NCBI GenBank assembly: GCA_038883795.1 | Contig: JAVZLK010000044.1 | Location: 1-11,061, forward strand | Length of the DNA stretch: 11,061 nt | Direction: 5' to 3' | Source of the DNA: Candidatus Bathyarchaeia archaeon | Lineage (GTDB): Archaea; Thermoproteota; Bathyarchaeia; Bathyarchaeales; Bathycorpusculaceae | Program-made: the position numbers and the translations under genes | Shown: positions 6,995 to 11,061 of the stretch, piece after piece | Layout of the letters: the number at the start of each line of letters is the position of its first letter | Numbering within the stretch: the stretch's first letter is position 1 | The notes under the pieces: model-generated | Told to the model about the DNA's origin: nothing | Databases searched by the model: none | The model's input: the letters and a program-made list of their open reading frames with translations, nothing else

Positions 6995-8188
6995 ATGAAA
7001 AAAAAGATAGAAAACTGGGTATCAATTTTATTAATTATCGGTGCGGTTCTAATTATAATCAATGGACTTATGAACGCTAATGCGTGTGGAGTGATAGTAT
7101 TATCAACGTATCCTGTGTCATCGGTATTCGTACCTTCACTTAACGCAACATTTCCTATCTCTTCCCTAGAGGCAATTAATGCAACAAAATCTGGCCTTTG
7201 GGGACGGATATCATTTGGTTTACAAGGTATTGCTAATGGCCCACTAATGCCCTTATTGCTGGTGATTGCTGTTGCCAACTTGTGGTGCGCGCTTATGTTA
7301 TATCTTAATCCTGAAAAGCATACAATTTTAGCGCCCTTAACTGTTCTATTTTCTATATTAAGTATGTTAGTTGGTGGAGGATTCATCATAGGAACTATTT
7401 TAGGAGTTATAGGAGGTTGTGCAATGATTCAATGGCCTAAACCTTTTAAAGAGACTTTCATAGGGAAGATAATTCGAGCTGCGAAATTCGACAAAGAATT
7501 CTACAGTAATATCGGAGGTGAACCGCAAATTTTAAGAACCGCGCTTTTAACTCTAATTTTTATAAATGTTTTAAGCGGGCTAGGTAATGGCTTGTACGTA
7601 TACAACGTAAATAAAGTGTTAAATCCTACTTCTCTTAACGTCCCCTTTAGAATCCTTTTCCTTGGAGAATTATTTTTGGATCTTTCAGTTGTTAATTCCA
7701 TATTTTCGTTTATTGGCCTCGCTGTTGTAAAGTGGATCATCTTCTCAATAATTTTGTTTTTTGTAGGATCTAAGCTGGTGGGTAAATCGGTGGAGTTTGA
7801 TGAAATAGCGGTTGTATTGGCTTTTGTTTATGTGCCGGTTTGTTTGCAATTTTTTATGCCGTTTGTTTTTCTACGCCAACCACTCCTAGAATTTGAGTGG
7901 CCATTTACTGTGGTTTTTCTGACCAACCTTTGGATGTTTATGTTACTAATGATTGCTTTAAGACAAAAGCTTAATATATCGATGACAAAGGCGTTCGGAA
8001 CTGCTATTTTCACCGGTTCAATCTATTGGCTGATAAACTCTATGATCTTAATACCGACTTTCACTCAATTACATGGATATCAATTTCCTGGTGTAATTTT
8101 TTCATTACAACCTGTTGAATTAGCATTAGGTCTCGTAACCATTTCAACGTTAATTGCCCTTGTGTTTGGCGCTTTTTCAAGGCGCTGA
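6995..8188 (+). CDS. Multi-pass membrane protein: DUF6114-like N-terminal part fused to a YIP1-family domain
   Basis: About 9 hydrophobic segments. The N-terminal part ends in SILSMLVGGGFIIGTILGVIGG, a glycine-rich motif recalled from DUF6114-like proteins. The C-terminal part has KIIRAAKFDKEFY...ALLTLIFIN.LSGLG and VGSKLVGKSVEFDEIAVVLAFVYVP, resembling prokaryotic YIP1 proteins. Family calls come from recalled motifs, not from a search. Confidence 0.7.
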   Translation: MKKKIENWVSILLIIGAVLIIINGLMNANACGVIVLSTYPVSSVFVPSLNATFPISSLEAINATKSGLWGRISFGLQGIANGPLMPLLLVIAVANLWCALMLYLNPEKHTILAPLTVLFSILSMLVGGGFIIGTILGVIGGCAMIQWPKPFKETFIGKIIRAAKFDKEFYSNIGGEPQILRTALLTLIFINVLSGLGNGLYVYNVNKVLNPTSLNVPFRILFLGELFLDLSVVNSIFSFIGLAVVKWIIFSIILFFVGSKLVGKSVEFDEIAVVLAFVYVPVCLQFFMPFVFLRQPLLEFEWPFTVVFLTNLWMFMLLMIALRQKLNISMTKAFGTAIFTGSIYWLINSMILIPTFTQLHGYQFPGVIFSLQPVELALGLVTISTLIALVFGAFSRR

Positions 8189-8218
8189 ATCGTCTTAAGA
8201 TTTTCTTTGATAATTCTG

Positions 8219-8234
8219 CGAAAGCTTATATAAA
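8219..8234 (+). promoter_or_regulatory. BRE-TATA promoter for the 231-aa gene
   Basis: CGAAAGC-TTATATAAA, a near-consensus archaeal promoter about 33 nt before ATG 8267. Confidence 0.7.
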
Positions 8235-8266
8235 AGTAAAATAGTAAGTTATCGAAAAATGAAAAG

Positions 8267-8962
8267 ATGATATTCATGGAAATAAAAAAACTAATTCCGG
8301 TTATTTTGGTTTTAAGTGCTTTAATTCTTGCAGTTATGGGTATGTATTCTCCTTGGTGGAGTATACGAATGGGTCGTGAGGCAGAGGCCGTATTGAATGC
8401 AACGGCGGTCACTGATTTGGGATTTTGGTCAACAGTTTCTGCATACTGCAGAATAGAAAATGAAACGCAACTGACAGTTTTATCAGTTCAAAACCTAATC
8501 GTAAAGGAGGAGAATATTTGGGCATGGAATTACGTGAGTAATATTATGCTCGGCTTAGCAATAGGAGGGATAATCCTAACAATTATATCAACTGCTTTGG
8601 TAATTCTCCCCGCATTCGGAAAACCGCTCTTCAGATTTACCAGCGTGATCATATTTTTGGCCGCAATATTGGTTTTTGTGACACCTTTATACATGGCAAC
8701 TACGTTACAACCGCTTGTATCAACATTTAGTTCCGTCATGCCGATAAGCATTCCCGACACATGGGTTCCTATTCAACCTCAAGATATAAGTGGTTTTTGG
8801 GGTTCAAAAGCTATTCCGAAATCTTCAGTTTATCCAGTGTGGGTTCAGGGTGGAGATTTTTGGATTTGGGGTCCAGCATCCGGATGGTATCTTACCTTCA
8901 TTTCAGGATTATTAATTTTCATTGCAATATTTTTGCTTAAGGAAATTTTTCCAAGTAAATAA
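8267..8962 (+). CDS. Hypothetical four-TM membrane protein (claudin-like topology)
   Basis: TM1 followed by SPWW, a long loop containing LGFW, a TM2-TM3 hairpin with a short basic loop, a second long loop, then WGPASGWYL-TM4. The start could also be ATG 8276. Confidence 0.82.
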   Translation: MIFMEIKKLIPVILVLSALILAVMGMYSPWWSIRMGREAEAVLNATAVTDLGFWSTVSAYCRIENETQLTVLSVQNLIVKEENIWAWNYVSNIMLGLAIGGIILTIISTALVILPAFGKPLFRFTSVIIFLAAILVFVTPLYMATTLQPLVSTFSSVMPISIPDTWVPIQPQDISGFWGSKAIPKSSVYPVWVQGGDFWIWGPASGWYLTFISGLLIFIAIFLLKEIFPSK

Positions 8963-8998
8963 TTATAATTTGATTTTGATGCCTGAAGTCATTAATCT

Positions 8999-9220
8999 CT
9001 ATTTCATCGCTCGGTTTTCTTCTTCTTGACGTTTTGCAAGAATCCAATCTTTGTATCCAGCTGCGATTCCCCAGCCTATAATTATTAAAATCGTTGACAA
9101 GAATTTCAGCTCTATTGGCAATGTTAAAATAAACCAAACCACCACGCCAGGTAAAGTAAATACTATAATTATTAACACTATTATAATCCAAAGCCACTTC
9201 TCCGAGAGCATCCAAGACAC
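8999..9220 (-). CDS. Small hypothetical membrane protein (70-73 aa, about 2 TM)
   Basis: GTG 9220 or ATG 9211 start. Two hydrophobic stretches and a charged tail (GWGIAAGYKDWILAKRQEEE). It has its own TATA element and fills the gap between two plus-strand genes. Confidence 0.75.
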   Translation of the reverse strand: MSWMLSEKWLWIIIVLIIIVFTLPGVVVWFILTLPIELKFLSTILIIIGWGIAAGYKDWILAKRQEEENRAMK

Positions 9221-9252
9221 GGTAAATTCCCAGAATTATTTTCTTTCAAGAG

Positions 9253-9267
9253 ATATAAAAGGTTTAA
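9253..9267 (-). promoter_or_regulatory. Putative BRE-TATA for the 73-aa gene
   Basis: The minus strand reads TTAAACC-TTTTATAT, 33 nt before GTG 9220. Confidence 0.55.
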
Positions 9268-9320
9268 GTAGAAATCTTCTCAAAAGATTTTTAAAACTAC
9301 GAGTATAGAACAATTTACCT

Positions 9321-9334
9321 TTAAAGTTTATTAG
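9321..9334 (+). promoter_or_regulatory. Putative BRE-TATA for the 235-aa gene
   Basis: TTAAAG-TTTATTAG about 34 nt before ATG 9368. An alternative CAAAAGA-TTTTTAAA lies at 9281-9295. SD-like GAGGAAGGAG precedes the ATG. Confidence 0.4.
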
Positions 9335-9367
9335 TTTGACTTATTTTTAAAAATTTGAGGAAGGAGA

Positions 9368-10075
9368 ATGAATAAACGGATACTTACAGTTGGTTTACTC
9401 CTAGCATTGATTGGAGTTGTTTTGGCATCCTTTTACAACATAAACGAAGAAACCCCAAAGGAGACTAGAATAACCGAAACCAATTCATGGACGGCTGGGG
9501 CATATCTTAAAAAGAATCAGACGCTTTTGGTGGATATCCTACCAGGAACTAATTGGGTAGCGAACCCTTTTGACGACCCACCAGAAGCAGCGCAAATGGA
9601 AGGTATACAAGGCATTAGATATTGTATTATTGACGTTGTTGACCCTTCATTTAATAAAACAACTTTTGTTGTAGAGTTAGGATACAATGGAAAGGTGTTT
9701 TATACAAGACCTTGGAACGTCACAGTTGTTCGTAAAAGCGATGGATTAGATACGTTACTTTGGGATGTTCTGATTACAGGTGCTAATAGATCCTCCTATA
9801 TTGTCTATTTAGGGGCAGAAGCTGCAGGTCTAGCTATGCTAGACGGTCAATACAATGTAACTGTTTATGGAGTTGGGCCCGCTTTCTCTGACCAAAATTT
9901 TGATCCACCAGCTAGCATTACCCTAACCATAGGCGAAGTGACAATAGAATATCCCTATACATACTTCTTACCTCTAGGAGTTGGAGTTGGAACTTTTGGC
10001 ATAGTTTTATGTGTTTTTGGATCGTTTAAAAACGAGAAACCGAAAAGGCAAATGAAATTGCGGTTTAAGAATTGA
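9368..10075 (+). CDS. Hypothetical membrane-anchored protein (N-terminal TM/signal, beta-rich ectodomain, C-terminal TM)
   Basis: MNKRILTVGLLLALIGVVLA, then a ~175-aa beta-rich region with five N-x-S/T sequons (NQT, NKT, NVT, NRS, NVT), a C-terminal TM LPLGVGVGTFGIVLCVFG and a basic tail. Confidence 0.85.
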   Translation: MNKRILTVGLLLALIGVVLASFYNINEETPKETRITETNSWTAGAYLKKNQTLLVDILPGTNWVANPFDDPPEAAQMEGIQGIRYCIIDVVDPSFNKTTFVVELGYNGKVFYTRPWNVTVVRKSDGLDTLLWDVLITGANRSSYIVYLGAEAAGLAMLDGQYNVTVYGVGPAFSDQNFDPPASITLTIGEVTIEYPYTYFLPLGVGVGTFGIVLCVFGSFKNEKPKRQMKLRFKN

Positions 10076-10121
10076 AAGGCTATTTTAGGTGAAACCTCCT
10101 ATCCCCACCAATTAATGATAT

Positions 10122-10131
10122 AAAAATAAAA
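10122..10131 (-). terminator. Possible oligo-T terminator after the carboxypeptidase gene
   Basis: The minus strand reads TTTTATTTTT 5 nt after the stop at 10137. Archaeal intrinsic terminators are U-tracts. Confidence 0.35.
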
Positions 10132-10136
10132 TGGGT

Positions 10137-11061
10137 TTATGGGTCTGGTTTGCAGTAGTTTAGGACTGCGGTGTATATGTCTTTCATGTCTATGACGCCA
10201 TCGTCGTTTATGTCCCAGTTTGGATCGTATCGGTCTGGTCTCATGTAGCGTAGGACGAGGCCATAGATGTCGCGCATGTCGCAGATGCCGTCTGGATAAC
10301 CTTCTGGTCCTGTTATATCGCCCTTAACGGAAACGATAACCCAGCCGTCAGTAAACGTGTTGTCTACAGTGTCTGTTTCGCCAAGAACAGGCCAAGCATA
10401 GGCGCTTATAGTGTAGTTGCCTTTAGCATAATCTGTTGTGTTCCACGTGAAGGTTAGGGTTTTTGATGCTCCGCTTTCGAGGGTGATTTCTTTTGTTTCT
10501 ATTTCGGTTGTGTTTGCGTAAAGCGTAACGTTAAAAGTTTCTGTGAATTCACCTTTGTTGGCGACTGTGACAGTTATATTTATTGTATAGCCTTGTCCAA
10601 CTATGGTTTTCAGTGGCGTTATGTCTGTTGTGGCTGTGTTGTAGGCTTCTGTTATGGCTCTGTTCGCCATGTAGGTGAAGACTGGTAGCCATTTTTGGAT
10701 TACTGTTTCTATTTGGTTTGGGTCTGGGTTGAAGAATTGGAATACGCCTTTTTCCCACCAAGTGTCGGATTCTGGTCCGGGTTCGTATTGCCATGCGCTG
10801 TTGTTTGTGTAGATTTCGCATGTAAGGGCGAAGGTGCTTCTGTTTCCATACATCCAGTCGTCCCATGAGCCTGACATTGTGTATAGGCCGCTGTTTTGTC
10901 CGTATGGTGCGCCTACAAGCGCTGAAAGGTTTGAGGCTATTTCTCTGAAGATATCATCGTCTGGTGTTGGGTCTGTTGTGTATCCCCATGGAAAGCCTAT
11001 AACTTCTGTGCCTGAGTGGAAGCTTATTGCGTATTTGAAGTTATGCGCCATTGCCAAGTCT
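10137..11061 (-). CDS. M14 zinc carboxypeptidase with CARDB and dockerin-like C-terminal domains; 5'-partial
   Basis: The frame is open to the window edge, so TTG 11057 is most likely an internal Leu. M14 motifs: ISFHSG (third Zn ligand), FPWG, LYTMSGSWDDWMY, TCE (catalytic Glu). CARDB: INITVTVANKGEFTETFNVTLY..TLTFTWNT..GNYTISA..DN (about 10332-10643). Paired Ca-loops GDITGPEGYPDGICDMRD and WDINDDGVIDMKD (about 10140-10323). Confidence 0.92.
   Translation of the reverse strand, partial: DLAMAHNFKYAISFHSGTEVIGFPWGYTTDPTPDDDIFREIASNLSALVGAPYGQNSGLYTMSGSWDDWMYGNRSTFALTCEIYTNNSAWQYEPGPESDTWWEKGVFQFFNPDPNQIETVIQKWLPVFTYMANRAITEAYNTATTDITPLKTIVGQGYTINITVTVANKGEFTETFNVTLYANTTEIETKEITLESGASKTLTFTWNTTDYAKGNYTISAYAWPVLGETDTVDNTFTDGWVIVSVKGDITGPEGYPDGICDMRDIYGLVLRYMRPDRYDPNWDINDDGVIDMKDIYTAVLNYCKPDP

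Noticed and set aside
6946-9308. Alternative ORFs 6946-7389, 7501-7740, 7828-8013, 8080-8412, 8530-8760, 8937-9215 and 9051-9308
   Set aside because: They are shadows or alternative frames of the membrane-protein genes, which have coherent TM patterns and promoters.
10087-10097. Mini-hairpin AGGT-GAA-ACCT between convergent genes
   Set aside because: A 4-bp stem is too weak to support a terminator or ncRNA call.
10549-10866. 105-aa alternative-frame ORF inside the peptidase gene
   Set aside because: Its Arg/His/Asn-rich composition is typical of an off-frame reading. The main frame is uninterrupted, so no frameshift is needed.
11055-11057. TTG start assigned to the peptidase in the ORF track
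   Set aside because: The frame stays open to the window edge, and the HxxE zinc motif and signal peptide expected upstream are absent, so the gene is 5'-truncated by the window.
1-11061. CRISPR array, tRNA/rRNA, transposase/integrase or defence system
   Set aside because: I saw no regularly spaced repeats, cloverleaf or rRNA-like segments, terminal inverted repeats or nuclease/recombinase motifs. All intergenic gaps are under 160 bp and largely explained by promoters.

Overview
Archaeal-type DNA: BRE-TATA elements precede most transcription units, and the CARDB plus 'GDxxGPxGxPDG..DMRD' dockerin-like tail suggests Bathyarchaeia (inference, not searched). The window holds a family-5 (Opp/Dpp/Nik) ABC importer split into three units. 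A large substrate-binding protein on the minus strand (1451 to <1) is missing from the ORF track because it runs off the edge, and its domain order looks circularly permuted. oppB-oppC lie on the minus strand, and OppC carries a ~265-aa extracellular beta-rich, CBM-like insertion. oppD-oppF are transcribed divergently, and both have the four-Cys Fe-S-type C-terminus. A small inverted hypothetical gene separates oppC from the binding protein. Downstream are four uncharacterised membrane proteins: a DUF6114-like/YIP1 fusion, a claudin-like 4-TM protein, a 73-aa 2-TM protein and a doubly anchored beta-sandwich protein. The window ends with the 3' part of a probably secreted M14 zinc carboxypeptidase with CARDB and dockerin-like modules. 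No RNA genes, CRISPR arrays or mobile elements were recognised.
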